Shown here: piece after piece, positions 1 to 12,885 of the stretch
Numbering within the stretch: the stretch's first letter is position 1
Layout: each line of letters opens with the position of its first letter
Assembly: GCF_006345805.1 (NCBI RefSeq)
Contig: NC_043014.1
Location: 27,218,001-27,282,000 of the forward strand
Direction: 5' to 3'
Origin: Octopus sinensis
Taxonomy: Eukaryota
DNA length: 64,000 nucleotides
Program-made: the position numbers and the translations under genes
Notes under the pieces: model-generated
The model's input: only the letters and a program-made list of their open reading frames with translations
What the model was told of the DNA's origin: nothing
Databases searched by the model: none

Positions 1-414
1 AGTGGCTGTTTCATGCTTAAAAGCTACATTTATAGCATTTTTGTCGTTACACTACGAAACAATGTGGTACCGAGACATAAACATAAGATGCACACTAGAT
101 GCTACCGCGTGATAATGGGTCTGTGTATGTAATGTATGCAGGTATATAAAGTATGTAATGTATATATGCATACAGAACAATTTCCATTTTCATTTTTCCA
201 ATAAAATATAGTACTAGCCAAATATTAGGGGACAGTCTAATCGATTGATTCTAAACGATTAATTCTTCCTTCGAACTTGTGGCTTTACATATAAGTAAGA
301 AATCATTATTATGAACCATGGCCAATCACCAGCTCAATGATGTTATCGCAGAAAGAAAAAGCTTGACAGAACGTTTGTGAAGTTAAGATAAATAATAAAT
401 GAGATGATAATTAC

Positions 415-907
415 TGATCAAAACGTTGAGCATGGTCGGTAAGCAAGCCTTTTGTAATAGGTGTAACGGCATCAACATTTTTATAAAACACATCTGGATT
501 ATAGAAACTCATTGGTTTCGTTTCGGCGTTGAACGTGTATGTGTCTCGAAACATCGTAGTAGCGGTCATTGTCATGATCATGCCGAAAATATTACTGGCT
601 GAAGCGCTCATTCCGGGGTTATAATTGTTTGTGTAACCGGAAGCTTGCACGTTCAGTTGGTTAGCAGCCATCACAGTCGGTCCCAAAATCAAAGGCAAGT
701 ATTCATTGTATGTGATGTGTTGAATTTCAGCGATGACCATTTTACGTGTTTCTTGAAAGATCTTTTCGTCGTTCCAGGCGAGGTTGGCAATTTTCAATTC
801 CTTGGCGAGGTTGGCATTTTTAAATTCCTTGGCGAGTCGGTTGTGTTCACGAACGAATAACATGTTGAGAGCTGTGGCTAACGGTTGTTCATTTATTCTC
901 TTATCAC
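415..907 (-). CDS. Peroxidase-like protein, coding exon 9; gene continues beyond the left edge
   Basis: GDKRINEQP...LFVREHNRLA...WNDEKIFQETRKMVIAEIQHITYNEYLPLILG is the diagnostic animal heme peroxidase segment. cag acceptor at 910-908, GTAATT donor at 414, phase 2. Confidence 0.93.
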
Positions 908-912
908 CTGTT

Positions 913-957
<45 letters not shown>

Positions 958-1083
958 TAATAATAATAATATTAATAATAATTTCTTTGTTGGCTTCAAG
1001 GGCCCCCAGAAAAACATAAGGACTTTACACAAAACCAACAAGGGACGGTGGGATAATAAACACCCCGATGCAATACCAGGCAC

Positions 1084-1586
1084 AATGCCCTGATGCAATA
1101 CCAGGCAGTGGCTCTCATGGCCTCTGATTGGAAGTGTCATCATGTATATGTTTTGTCTTGGTATTAAAGATGGACTACAGCAAATATTCTGCTCAAATCA
1201 ACAAATTTGCTCGTCAGTTGTTTGACCATAACCATTTGAGCATGTCCCTTAGTAGCTGACAATTTGTGCATCTCTGATCACGAGCAGAAGTAGTGGGGGA
1301 ACATCATAGCCGTGTGTTGAAAGGAATTCTTTGGAAACATGGGTAGTTCGTTCAACATCCTTAAACAATCCTTATTCAGGGACCTTTAGAGCGGGATGGG
1401 TTACTCGACCAGAAGAAACTTCTAACAGGGTCCCACCTGCAAGGTCATGCGTTGTTTATCTTGATATGAGATCACCATGTCGCGCACATATGGTTGTGAT
1501 GTATGTGCCTGGTGTACCCTTATCAGACGGGTAGTCATGATGGATATACCAGTGTCACTTTGATGGCATGCATTGCTCTCTCACTC
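1084..1586 (+). mobile_element. Non-coding TAA-tailed retroposon (element A), copy in an intron
   Basis: Same sequence as five copies at 45.4-52.6 kb. Ends ctctcactc followed by (AAT)n. Confidence 0.85.
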
Positions 1587-1641
<55 letters not shown>

Positions 1642-2144
1642 GTAATAATAATAATAATAATAATATGTAGCGAACTACCTCCACTGGAAATATGTGTAAA
1701 TAAATGTCGTAAAATATTTGATATCCAGGTCTTGGACACGAATGATTGAAAATCTTTCTCTAAGTGTAAAAACCTGAATATAGAAATACTGAGCTGTGAA
1801 ACATGGACATAAGAATAGGATATGTAATTCTAAAAACAATGAGCAGAAAACTAAAACAATCGAAAAATTGCCGAATAAATTTTCTATGTGTGAGGTTCAA
1901 AATGTAGCACTCCAAGGAAGTGGTTATATTTTTCAAATAAGCATCGATAACAACAAGTGTAATTTCGTAGTTCTTTGAGCAGCCGCTGAGCGTCAACGAA
2001 ATGATGAATATTACTTTTGAGTCAGAGAAACACTGCAAAAGTCTGAAGGTACATGACATCCTAAATGTTGATCTACCACATATGAATATGATACAAGGTT
2101 ATGGATAAAATGGTTTTTAATAAAGAGAAAGAACATTAGCTTAC

Positions 2145-2261
2145 CTCCTAGAAAGCAAAATGCGTTGTTTGTGTTTGGGTTAGGTAAATGGCAATTCACT
2201 GTGTTTAAGAAATCTCTCATTAAAAGTTCTCCGTTGGCATTGGTTGTGGTTCTTAGAGTAC
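2145..2261 (-). CDS. Peroxidase-like protein, coding exon 8
   Basis: GTLRTTTNANGELLMRDFLNTVNCHLPNPNTNNAFCFLG ends in the CFxxG motif. tttag acceptor, GTAAGC donor, phase 1 to 1. Confidence 0.9.
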
Positions 2262-2792
2262 CTAAATTTTAATGGTAAAAAATAAAAACAACGAATAAGT
2301 AAACAAATCTTCTAATCATTGTTAGGTGAGTCTAAAACAAAACGAAGGTGACGGATGAAAAGTGTTTTAGATTTGTTTGATAAGAGTTTATCTGGGACTA
2401 TATAACGTTTTCTTTACTTGCTGAGATAGTGCCTATGGCTTTTACAGACACTTCTAGATCAGTGAGATATTTGCTATTAACATTCCTCTCAATCTTACAG
2501 TGACCGACAGTTTAACACCGAGAGAATGTTTTGATCAATGATCATAGAGGGAATTCCAAGGGGCAGATGTTCTGAGGCGTGCAGACAGCACTAGGTGTAA
2601 TCATAAAAGTAGATCTGAGAGAGAACACAAGAACGATAGGAAGAGGAAAGACAAAAAAGTCAGTGAGAGGATGAGTGCGCTTGAGGGTCAGAGTCTGGAG
2701 CGGGTGAGTAGTGACACAATGCCAATCAGTCGAGAGACTCTAAAAAATGTTTTTTTATACATGTGCGTGCGTGTACGTGTGTGCGTGTGTGC

Positions 2793-2847
<55 letters not shown>

Positions 2848-3013
2848 CGCGCAGTAGCAGCAAGAGCGGCACCGTCCCAGCTGTGAGAACAATACTCTGC
2901 GGGCTTCACCTGCGTTTCGTAGAGTATAACTGAAAATAATAAACTAAAATTCACGAGACGTTCCCAAGCAATTAAACATACGAATCTGTGTGTGTATGTG
3001 TGTGTGTGCATAC

Positions 3014-3084
<71 letters not shown>

Positions 3085-3191
3085 TTTGGTAATATGAACA
3101 GGAGAAATGAGAACTCAATACACACACACGCACATACACACACACACGCGCGCGCGCAAACAGATGTATAACAAAAATATCGCTCACTTAC

Positions 3192-3293
3192 CGTCTACTC
3201 CTGTTCTCAGCATTGACGTAATTGCTGAATTGGAACCATAAATTACAGAGCCGTCAAGGAACTGGGTATTTAAGTTTCGCTGTTGACGAGAAC
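3192..3293 (-). CDS. Peroxidase-like protein, coding exon 7 (Ca2+-binding loop)
   Basis: SSRQQRNLNTQFLDGSVIYGSNSAITSMLRTGVDG matches RxQxNxxTxFxDxSxVYGS...LR. ctag acceptor, GTAAGT donor. Confidence 0.93.
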
Positions 3294-3724
3294 CTAGTTA
3301 TAAACCATACACAGATGTTACATTTTAATATGTATCTCTTACACCAATTAAATTTTTTTATCCAATTCAAATTCAAGCTGAATACTATTATGATAAACGA
3401 ATATCTAAATTTTTGCGTAGATAGTCTTTGGCAGATCTTATCGCAATGACCGACAGTTTAACACTGAGAAAAGAATGATGTTTTGATCAACATGACACCG
3501 TGTGCGAATTCATAGAAATATACTGGTCGCTTTACAAGCTAGATACAGTAGACGAATATCCTTCAGATTACGCCATACCGACTTAAAAGAAAATACGCAA
3601 TATACAAAAAGACTAGAGTGGCACGGCTGGAACGCCTTTAATCGTAGGCCTTCTGAAACAAGGACTGACCTCAGGCTAAACGAAGTTGATGTGAGCTTAA
3701 TACCTTTGTAAGAATTATTTTTAC

Positions 3725-4030
3725 TAAGTGAGCAGACAGCAAACTTTTTCTTTATTAGATAATGAACTTAAGATCTTTTAATGTGGCTAGGAAGCTGTAA
3801 AGTCGAGATCTTTCAAGATAGGTACTAGGCAGGGAACAAAAGGTCTTTTAATGTAGTTGTCAGAAGTAAATAGGGATATTTTGATGTAGCTAGAAGACAG
3901 TAAAGTCGAGAACTTTAAGGCGAGCAGGTAGTAAACTCGAGGTCTTTTAATATGGTTGGCGGTCATTTAATGTTGCCGTTAGATAGTAAACAAGGATATT
4001 TTAATGTCATTGGCAGACAGTAAGCATGTG
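3725..4030. repeat. Degenerate ~40-bp tandem repeat (unit roughly ggtcttttaatgtggctaggcagacagtaaa)
   Basis: ttttaatgt..g and agacagtaaa recur at roughly 40-nt spacing. Confidence 0.55.
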
Positions 4031-4212
4031 ATACACTGGCAATATAGAGTTATATTTCGTAAAATATTAAGATACGATAAGGCATGAGACCGTTTATCTA
4101 ATAGCTGAAGAATCAATAATCAATCATATATACAGTGGCTGAACGAGTGGTACTTGAAAAACACAATTACTAGAATCGTAGTTAAGAAAGAAGTAGAAAG
4201 CTGAGTACTTAC

Positions 4213-4325
4213 TGAGTTTGCAATCTAAATTTGGAGTATTTGTGGAACGAGTATAAGGCATACAGCGATAGTTTGGCGGAAGTTTTGGATCTCCTTTTGG
4301 TATTTGTATGGATAGACAAATAGAT
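4213..4325 (-). CDS. Peroxidase-like protein, coding exon 6
   Basis: ESICLSIQIPKGDPKLPPNYRCMPYTRSTNTPNLDCKL matches CxPIxIPxxDP...CMxFxRS. ttgcag acceptor, GTAAGT donor, phase 2 to 1. Confidence 0.92.
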
Positions 4326-4738
4326 CTGCAAATAGAAATACGCTTCAGTTATTTAGTGTTCTATTGCTGAAGAATATGGCGTACGTAAAATGCGATATTA
4401 CAAGGACTTCATTCCGAGATTGAGCATAGTTGACTAATACTCCATCTCGATATAGTTTGTACAATCAAGGGAATAACTGAGAAAAACTGAAGGTCTGCAT
4501 CGGCAACAATCTTGCTTATAAAGATTATGAACTTTATTTTTTTAACAGAATTTAGTACTTAATGTAAGGGAATGTCTATTAAGTTAAAACCTTTGTAGCA
4601 CTTAAAATGATATATATATATATACATAATAAGAGTAGAAATTTATATTATTAAATAATATCAATTTCAACTAGTGGTCAGCATGCTTAAAAACGTCCGA
4701 GGACCGATATAAATATATATATACACACACACAAATAT

Positions 4739-4799
<61 letters not shown>

Positions 4800-4848
4800 A
4801 GATAGATAGATAAATAAATACAATTTATATTTATGTATATATATATAC

Positions 4849-4891
<43 letters not shown>

Positions 4892-4898
4892 AATTAAA

Positions 4899-5226
4899 GA
4901 AGAACCACCATGTAGCAATTCAACAATAATCAAATCATACCATATAGAAAAAAATTATACGATAAAACATATACCTATAATCAAGTAAAGTTCAAAACAA
5001 TAAATAAATAGTATATAATTAGTAAAAAGACTACACGTGTTTCGTGTAGTCTTTTCTTGAAAACATAGCCACGAAACACGTGTAGTCTTTTTACTAATTA
5101 TATACTATTTATTCATTGTTTTGAATTTTACTTGATTTTAAGTATATGTTTTATCGCATATTTAATTTTTTCTCTATATGGTACGATTTAATTATATTAT
5201 TGTTGATTTGCTACATGGTGGTTCTT
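4899..5226. repeat. Foldback with ~145-bp arms, Penelope-type terminal repeat remnant
   Basis: 4899-5046 is the reverse complement of 5070-5226. The centre carries CGAAA-CACGTG-TA, the 3' half of a hammerhead. Confidence 0.8.
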
Positions 5227-7164
5227 TTCTCGCCCATTGTATGTATTTTACTTTTTCTTTTGTTTGTCTACTGTACGAAACGTAGAGCACATTTAATTCA
5301 TTTTCTTTTTTTCTAGCGTTAAATTAATATAAACTTTGAGTTTTTGTTGGACTTTCAATTACACACACACACACGCACACACACGCGCACACACACATAC
5401 ACACACGGAGGGACTGTGATTGAGAAATGTAGCATATAAAAGGCTTACATATATATTACTGTATGGTGCAAAGAGAAGAATTATCTAACTATTTTTCAGG
5501 TAAGGAAAAATATTTAGTCGGGAGAAATATATGTCTATTCAGCAGACATTTATTGCCAACATCAATGGGAAAGTTGAAGTTAGACTCAGAATTTATCTTA
5601 TTGATAAGGTAACTGGTAGGGGACAGACACCTGAGACAGCTTGAACATTAATAGAATATAGTCATTAACTTACTTGACGGCTTGAGTCATTTGATAAAGC
5701 CTGACCTCATCTGCTCGAGTTAATGCATAGAAAGTAGAACGGAATCGGTTGAAGCTGGAAATGGGGAAAATTTAATGATTAAATTAAATATTCTGTGAAT
5801 TGACAATATCTTTGAAAATACAAAAATCATACTACAGTATTTAGATTCCCACCTTTCATTACACTCAGTGTTGTTTATTTTCACATAATGTTGTTTAGCC
5901 ATTTGGTCATAATCAACCCTGCTGATCTTACAATCTCCAGCTGAGACCATTTTGTCTTTTCAGAGGTATGTAGGTGTGCATGAAGCAATATGTTTTTATT
6001 CTAATGATAACATGATAACAGGACATGTGATCTAAAGGATATTGGTAGTCTACCAAGCAACTCGAGAAGAGGTACACTCGTTGCGGTGGTTATTGGTACT
6101 ACAGCTATTACTTTTGTTCAAACCAGACTGAACAGTCTTATGATCAAAGTGGTGCCAGCAGAGACTATCTCGTCTTTTGCGATATCAGGGACTTCATTGT
6201 TCAAAATGCCCCACTTTTTTCAGACGCTAGGAAGATATGGCTGTTGTTTCTAGGAAATCTAGCAACCAAGTAAAGGTTTCCTCAGTGGTTAGCGTTATTC
6301 CTATTTAGACACAGCCAAAACCATCTGATCTAAGATGTTTAAGCTATAACCATTCTGCCTTCTAGAATATCAGAAATATCAGAGACTATATCGCCCAATA
6401 TATACAACATTCTTTATTTAAGACAAAAGAGTATGATTCGTGAGAGATTTGAAGCTAAATAGAACAGATAGAGCAACCTCACAGAAGCTTGAAATTATAC
6501 CAGAAAATTTTCATTTCCCTTCAGGGGCAGACTTGAACAATCGATTTGAAAGATGCACTTCGTAAATACGTCTTAGATTAGAAAATTTAAGATGTAAAGA
6601 TATTTATTTTCTAAGTTTTATTTTCCGTTATTCCATACTAATTTTGAACCAACGCTTTTACATGCTTCACATACTTCAATTATATCCATGTGTGAGATAA
6701 CGAGAGTGATTTTTTAAAATTATGTTTGTCTTTCGAATCACCCTGTTTCATGAATTTGTGTACATATGCGTATATATGCGTATATATGCGTTTGCCACAC
6801 TACTCACACCTACAATATAAGCCATGAGTTGACCTATAACTGATCCGACCTGAGTCTCATAAACTTAGAAATAACAACAATAACATAAAAATCTTCTTAA
6901 TCTTGTTACATATTCAAGAAACCTCACCTTTACATACCGACTAAGAATAACCGTCTTGCCTAAATATACAGATAAAAGATTTAAGTATTTACAAATTCTA
7001 GTTATTTTTATCTTAAATCATTTACTACATCCACTGAAAAAAGGAAACTATATTGAGATCAGACAAGCTGTCTGCTATAATCCTTCCAAACCTACATATT
7101 TTTCTAATTTACCTGTCAGGAAAATAATCAACAATTATTTACAATGAAATATAAAAAGACTTAC

Positions 7165-7192
7165 TCAGTCTGTATACGGCAACAGTCAACAT
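7165..7192 (-). CDS. Peroxidase-like protein, coding exon 5 (28-nt microexon)
   Basis: tgtttcag acceptor, GTAAGT donor. Encodes NVDCCRIQT and supplies the phase 1 to 2 shift needed between its neighbours. Confidence 0.8.
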
Positions 7193-7283
7193 CTGAAACA
7201 TAAAAGGAAAATAAGAATGACGTATTTAGAAATATTGCAAAATAATATTATGATCGCATTATAACAAATGCCTATTTTTACTG

Positions 7284-7346
<63 letters not shown>

Positions 7347-7360
7347 GCATATATATATAT

Positions 7361-7402
<42 letters not shown>

Positions 7403-7469
7403 GCATATATATATATATATATATATATACACGCATATATATATACACACACATACATACATGTATATT

Positions 7470-7878
7470 ATTTCTTTATTGCCCACAAGGGGCTAAACAT
7501 AGAGGGGACAAACAAAGACAGACAAAGGGATTAAGTCGATTATGTCGACCCCAGTGCGTAACTGGTACTTAATTTTTTGACCCCGAAAGGATGAAAGCCA
7601 AAGTCGACCTCGGCGGAATTTGAACTCAGAATGTAACGGCAAACGAAATACCTATTTCTTTACTACTCACAAGGGGCTAAACACAGAGAGGACAAACAAG
7701 GACAGACACACGGATTAAGTCGATTATGTCGACCCCAGTGCGTAACTGGTACTTAATTTATTGACTCCGAAAGGATGAAAGGCAAAGTCGACCTCGGCGG
7801 AATTTGAACTCAGAACGTAGCGACAGACGAAATACCGCTAAACATTTCGCCCGGCGTGCTAACGGTTCTGCCAGCTCG
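7470..7878 (-). mobile_element. tRNA-type SINE with a tandemly duplicated 3' part
   Basis: Head gagctggcagaa...gagttcaaattcc (A/B-box-like), body gtcgactttgcctttcatcctttc, tail with AATAAA. 7470-7650 repeats 7654-7833. Confidence 0.85.
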
Positions 7879-8289
7879 AGGAGAGAAAGATTCAGAGAAT
7901 TTAGGCAAGTAGAGAGAGTGAAAGTTGTGTAGTCGTTCGATGACAGGCCATACTTGAAGTTAGAAACAGACAGATGTGCTCTTCTAGTGAGAGGCCAAGT
8001 AAAAGATGTAGAACCGAATTTGGTTACTATATTTATATTTGTTGGAAAGCTGGATATAGTTCACAGAGCAATGGAAATTATTGGGTTTATCACTTGAACT
8101 GCATTTAACCCAAGAATGTTCCCTTAATAGAATTTAACTAAGTGTGACAGTAGACTCTCATAAATTACTAATTACAAAAGCTGAGAACACTAGAAAGGAA
8201 CTGATAGAAAAATCTACATTCTGTTTCGAATCCGGGTTAAGAATCTAGAATGCTATTCGTTACACACACATACACACACATTAGCTATT

Positions 8290-9410
8290 CAGAAAAGAAG
8301 TATATATACTTTTTAACAACCGATAACTCACTGATTTTTCATTTCTTTTTGAAATTTAACCTATTAGAGATAATGAAGGGACCTAGATTAAGCTTTGAAC
8401 AAAGGAAATGTGTCCTAAAGTGCGAATGGAAGTTTGAAAGTGCAGTGACAGATCCACGAATTAGAGATGAATTTGAAACATATGGAACTGTTCAAAATGT
8501 CCACAAGAAACGTTCTGAAAGACCGCAAACATGAATAAACTTTGCAAAGCAAGAAAAGCTACTACAAACGTATTGCCAGAGTTCAAGAAAGTCTGGGTGG
8601 CAAGCGTGTCGTGTGACAGGAATTTGAAAATCAAACACAATCGAATTTTGAAGTGCTGTCATTGGAAAAGTTAGACTCCATGAATTGTCCATATTCTAAA
8701 TGAAAATGATTCGGATCGAACAGGAGAATTTAGCGTGTGGTATTTGGCAAAATGTGTAGAAAATGCACACTTTCCAACAAAGATTGTTTTGAGCGATGAG
8801 GCTACATTTTGCATTAAATGGTTTAATTGCACCAAGAGACCTGAGAACCAGTATATTACGGAGGGACATCATATTAATTTACCAGGAGTTACAATACGGT
8901 ACGGTGCGACTTAAAATCAAAAAGATTAATTGAACTATTCTTTTTTGAAGATATTGTAACTGATCCAACTTGCTGCGGAAATCAGTTTTCTTAAGCAATC
9001 AAAAAGATTTTGAAGATGCAGAGTTTATTTTCAGCAAAATAGAGTACTACACACACTTCATAGTAAGGGCCTATCTTGATGAGATTTTGTCAAACAGATA
9101 GATTGGGCGAGGAAATTCAGTAGAATATGTCTGCGTTCATCGGACAAGACTTTTATAATGTGAACCAGTTGAATTTTACGGTATAAAACCGGCAACAGAC
9201 AAATTGAAAGAAGCCATTGAATGAGAATTACGATTCTGTTGCTTCGAGGTATCAGCAGGGTCTGGACCAGAACGGTCATCAGTTTGAAACAAACTTTAAA
9301 AAAAAATTAATTCTATCAGCAGATTATAATAAATTTTGATAATGAAATCCATCTTAATAAATATTGATTAATCATTCAAAATGTGTATACATTTTCGGAG
9401 GACACCTTGT
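8290..9410 (+). mobile_element. Decayed Tc1/mariner-family transposon
   Basis: MKGPRLSFEQRK...FETYGTVQNVHKKRSERP HTH-like start, SDEATF catalytic-Asp motif near 8790, terminal ggacaccttgTA. Many frameshifts. Confidence 0.7.
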
Positions 9411-9683
9411 ATATCTGCACACACACGCATATACGTGCGTGTACATAGAGAGGGATAAAGTTGGTAAGAGAGAAAGTGAGAGGAGCAGAAAGACGAAAAC
9501 GGGTAGGTAGGTAGGTAGGTAGGTAGGTAGGTAGGTAAGTAGGTAGGTAGGCAGGTAGGTAGGTAGGTAGGTAGGTAGGTAGGCAGGCAGGCAGGCAGGC
9601 AGGCAGGCTGGTAGACAGGATGATAGATAGGTAGGTAGGTGAAAAAGGTAAGTAGATACAGAAATATAAAAATAGGTACATAC

Positions 9684-9854
9684 TGTTCATAGTGTCCACT
9701 AGTTGTATATCATAATTAAGGAACTGTGTAAAAGCAGCGACCATGTGAGTCAGACTGGTATCAGGTTTATTAATATTCTTGAAAAGTTTGTAGCTCACAC
9801 ACCGTGTATTTGGAAGATGGGTGTTTTTATAGTGAAGACGGGGCTTATTTACTC
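9684..9854 (-). CDS. Peroxidase-like protein, coding exon 4 (distal heme-pocket helix)
   Basis: GVNKPR...LPNTRCVSYKLF...THMVAAFTQFLNYDI aligns to the family pattern LPxxRxVS...xxGQFxDHD. tttcag acceptor, GTATGT donor, phase 1 to 1. Confidence 0.9.
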
Positions 9855-11641
9855 CTGAAAAGAAATCAATACTTGTTCTTCAGTGTGTGAAATCAGGAAT
9901 CTGACAGAGTTGGCGGTTTATATCGCTAGCTTAAGTTTATTCTATAGAATAAAGTCACCATGAGGGGAGCTCCATTGCAATGTCGAAGATTGGATCGTTA
10001 GTTTCTTTCGTATCGTAACATTCCAAGACATATGAAAAGCGACAAGTGCTGATCGTCTTGGGTGGTAGGCTTCAGATGATTTTTAAGCCTCGCCTTCTGC
10101 GATGAATCTAAGGTCATAGGCTTTCTAACACATCTTTGATAAAAGGTATTACGGTCGTGACTACTCAATCTTTCTCTCAGATTATATGATTAAATTATCT
10201 AATGCCCCCACCCACACACATTTAAAAAAACAGTAGCGTACATTTTTGAGGGAGATTTGCTTGCTATTTCTAGCACGCCGAGCAACCATGCAAATGGCTG
10301 TCATAACATTCAATAGTAATTATATTAATGCAGTGACTTGGTCGAACTTCTTGAACTTATTAACCTCAGTTTTGAGTAGTATTTGACTATTACCCTTCAG
10401 TATCTCTTTTTCTCGCAGGTGTTATTGTTTTATTAAGGTAGTATCCCGCTATTTTCTACTCCATACATGTGTAAATTCATGGCAGTTGGCTTAAAAAGAT
10501 CGACGGTGTATATTGACTATGGCATACATTATAAGCTTGCGACTTCAAGAAGGGTAAATTCAGTGCATAAGAAATATCTATAGTTTGTAACAGCTTATTC
10601 AGACGTATGTGCTGTGAACAAGTGTCTGATTCTTTTTCCTTTTCTTTCTTTTTTTTTGTCTTTTTAATATTTTACACTCATTACAATTAATTATAATATC
10701 GTATTTATTATATTTCTAAAATTTAAATAGTTCACATTATATTTTAAGACGTCAAATATTAAATATTCTTCCGTGTTGATTTACGTAACAGAAAAATACT
10801 TCTATTATTTCTGTGGACATATAAATCAACCAATGATTTATATGTTCATACTAACACCAATGAGAAGGACAGCACTCATAGCTGCTTTCAGGCCCTTTAT
10901 ACTGGTTGTTGGAAAGGTGAAAATTGCACTCTCAAAGGAGACCTGGCTTGAATACTTACAGCAGAGTGAACTCCGTTGAAATTATTGTTATATTCCGAAA
11001 CAGAACTATCGAAACAAAATTTAAAATGTATGGTAGCACATTTTATAGTTCTCGTTATTATCGCAACGCAACTCTTCAGTTTATAATTATTATAACTATT
11101 CTGTATTTCCAATGTTAAACTAATGTCTCTCATGTATATTGGAAATAGTTAAGCCACATACTTCATCTAATCTAAATGTTGGTAGGTAGAGTATTTTCTT
11201 TTTCAAGTATTTAGCTAAAGAAATGTAGTAAAATAAAGATAATGATTTTCAAAACAGAAAAAATGCAAGCAAGGACAACGAAAACAAAGATGTTCTCTTT
11301 AACCAAAATAAAAGTAGTTGTTTATTGGTTGCTTCCTAGTAAACATTACAGAAATCATAGAAGTTTACTTGGTGCAGATTTGAAATTTTACAGACTAGGT
11401 CTCCTATTAAATTTTGTTGGTTTCATTTAAGGTATAAATATGTGGAGAGGGAAGTAATCTTTTTTTATATATTCCAGTTTTGTAATACTCGTTGAATAAG
11501 AATAAGACATGCAAAATAGTATGGTGGAAAATTAAAAAAAAACGATAACTTGAGAGATTTTTTTTTCAGTTGAATAATGTAACTGCTATTAACTGTCGCC
11601 ATATGACGGATGATCTTGCAGTTCAAAAATCTTTTACTTAC

Positions 11642-11874
11642 CATCATCGTATTGGGAAGACATCATTCGTGCGAAAGTCGTTTCGCTTTTCCCTATATAA
11701 GCATTCTGGAGATTATTACAAGAGCCATCAGCTGTTCGATAAATATCTGCAGTGTTGCAAATGAGTTTGTGTCTATATTCACAAGTAGAATGGACGCCGG
11801 GAGGAGCTGCAAAATGTTTCAAGAATCCATCGGCAAACATAGGTGGGACGCTGTGTCTATACTGTGTCCAGTAG
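11642..11874 (-). CDS. Peroxidase-like protein, coding exon 3
   Basis: Contains the animal peroxidase N-terminal motif YRTADGSCNNL...FARMMSSQYDDG. tag acceptor, GTAAGT donor, phase 2 to 1. Confidence 0.92.
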
Positions 11875-12885
11875 CTACGAGATTAACGATTAGAAAAGAA
11901 AAAGCATTCAAATATTAATAATAAAGAAGATAGAATTCAACTTAGGTCAAAACAATAATCATACATCTGAAGTGGAGGAATTGATTTGGCCCAACGAGCG
12001 AAGCTAAATATTTCGATACGAAAACATATTCTTTGAGGAACTTTATATTCAAAAATTTACTTAACATTCATTTCACGCTCAAAACATTAACTGAAAAACC
12101 TGAACAATTTACTATAATATGCTATGAAAATGTGGTACTACGTCGGGTATGTATAGGCTGTGTTATTTTATTGCGGGAGAAGATTGATTGCATTTTTATC
12201 GCTTAGCCAGGAGGAAAGGCAATGTCCCTGACACTACCTTTCATGGCATCCAAAAGAGGAAGGAATCGTCAAATGAGAGATCTCACTCGACTCGAATGTT
12301 TGCAACAAGTTATTTCCACAGACCAGGTGTTGGTATTAAAAACGGTCGAGGGATTAAGTGATTCTTCCAAGTAGTATGTATATATATATATATATATATA
12401 TAGTTTGCCAGGGTATCGTGAAATGGCACATACTTGGATTTGTTGGAATGTTTTTTTTAAATATTTAATTCGTGCATACATTCATCTGATGAAAACGGTT
12501 ATTTTTTCACATGATGTAATAACTCTAATTATCAATTAAAAACAAAACACGCCTGAAGCAGTTGTAGTGAGTGAACTACTATCCATCTGTTTATTATTCA
12601 ACTAACTCGGAACCTGCAGTTAGCGTGAGTGACTGCAATTGGTACAGTGTTTGTGCCTAAGTACAGTCTGGAGACTCGTGGTATATTCAGTCGAACGTTT
12701 GTGATCGTACATGAAAGTGGAATATAAATCCGTATTTACTTTGGTATGTACGTAAATGTTCCTCTAATGTTGTTTTGTACATGATAGGGAATTCATATAC
12801 CCGACCTTCAGTTGACCATCAGTTGTCAAACGATGTTGAGGCGGACTAACATAGATACAACCCACCCCCTCACAAACACACACAC

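Noticed and set aside
411-863. Stand-alone 150-aa gene as listed in the ORF track
   Set aside because: It is an internal exon (415-907). The apparent stop overlaps the GT donor.
5420-5960. Possible extra exon or LINE RT fragment in the intron
   Set aside because: The gene model closes without it, and the similarity to an RT is too degraded to call.
9712-9717. Idea that A-to-I editing restores the peroxidase active site
   Set aside because: AAT to GAT (Asn to Asp) is possible, but neither TAT nor ACT can become a His codon by A-to-G editing.
12486-12500. CTGATGA hammerhead core
   Set aside because: No stem II, GAAA or stem III follows.
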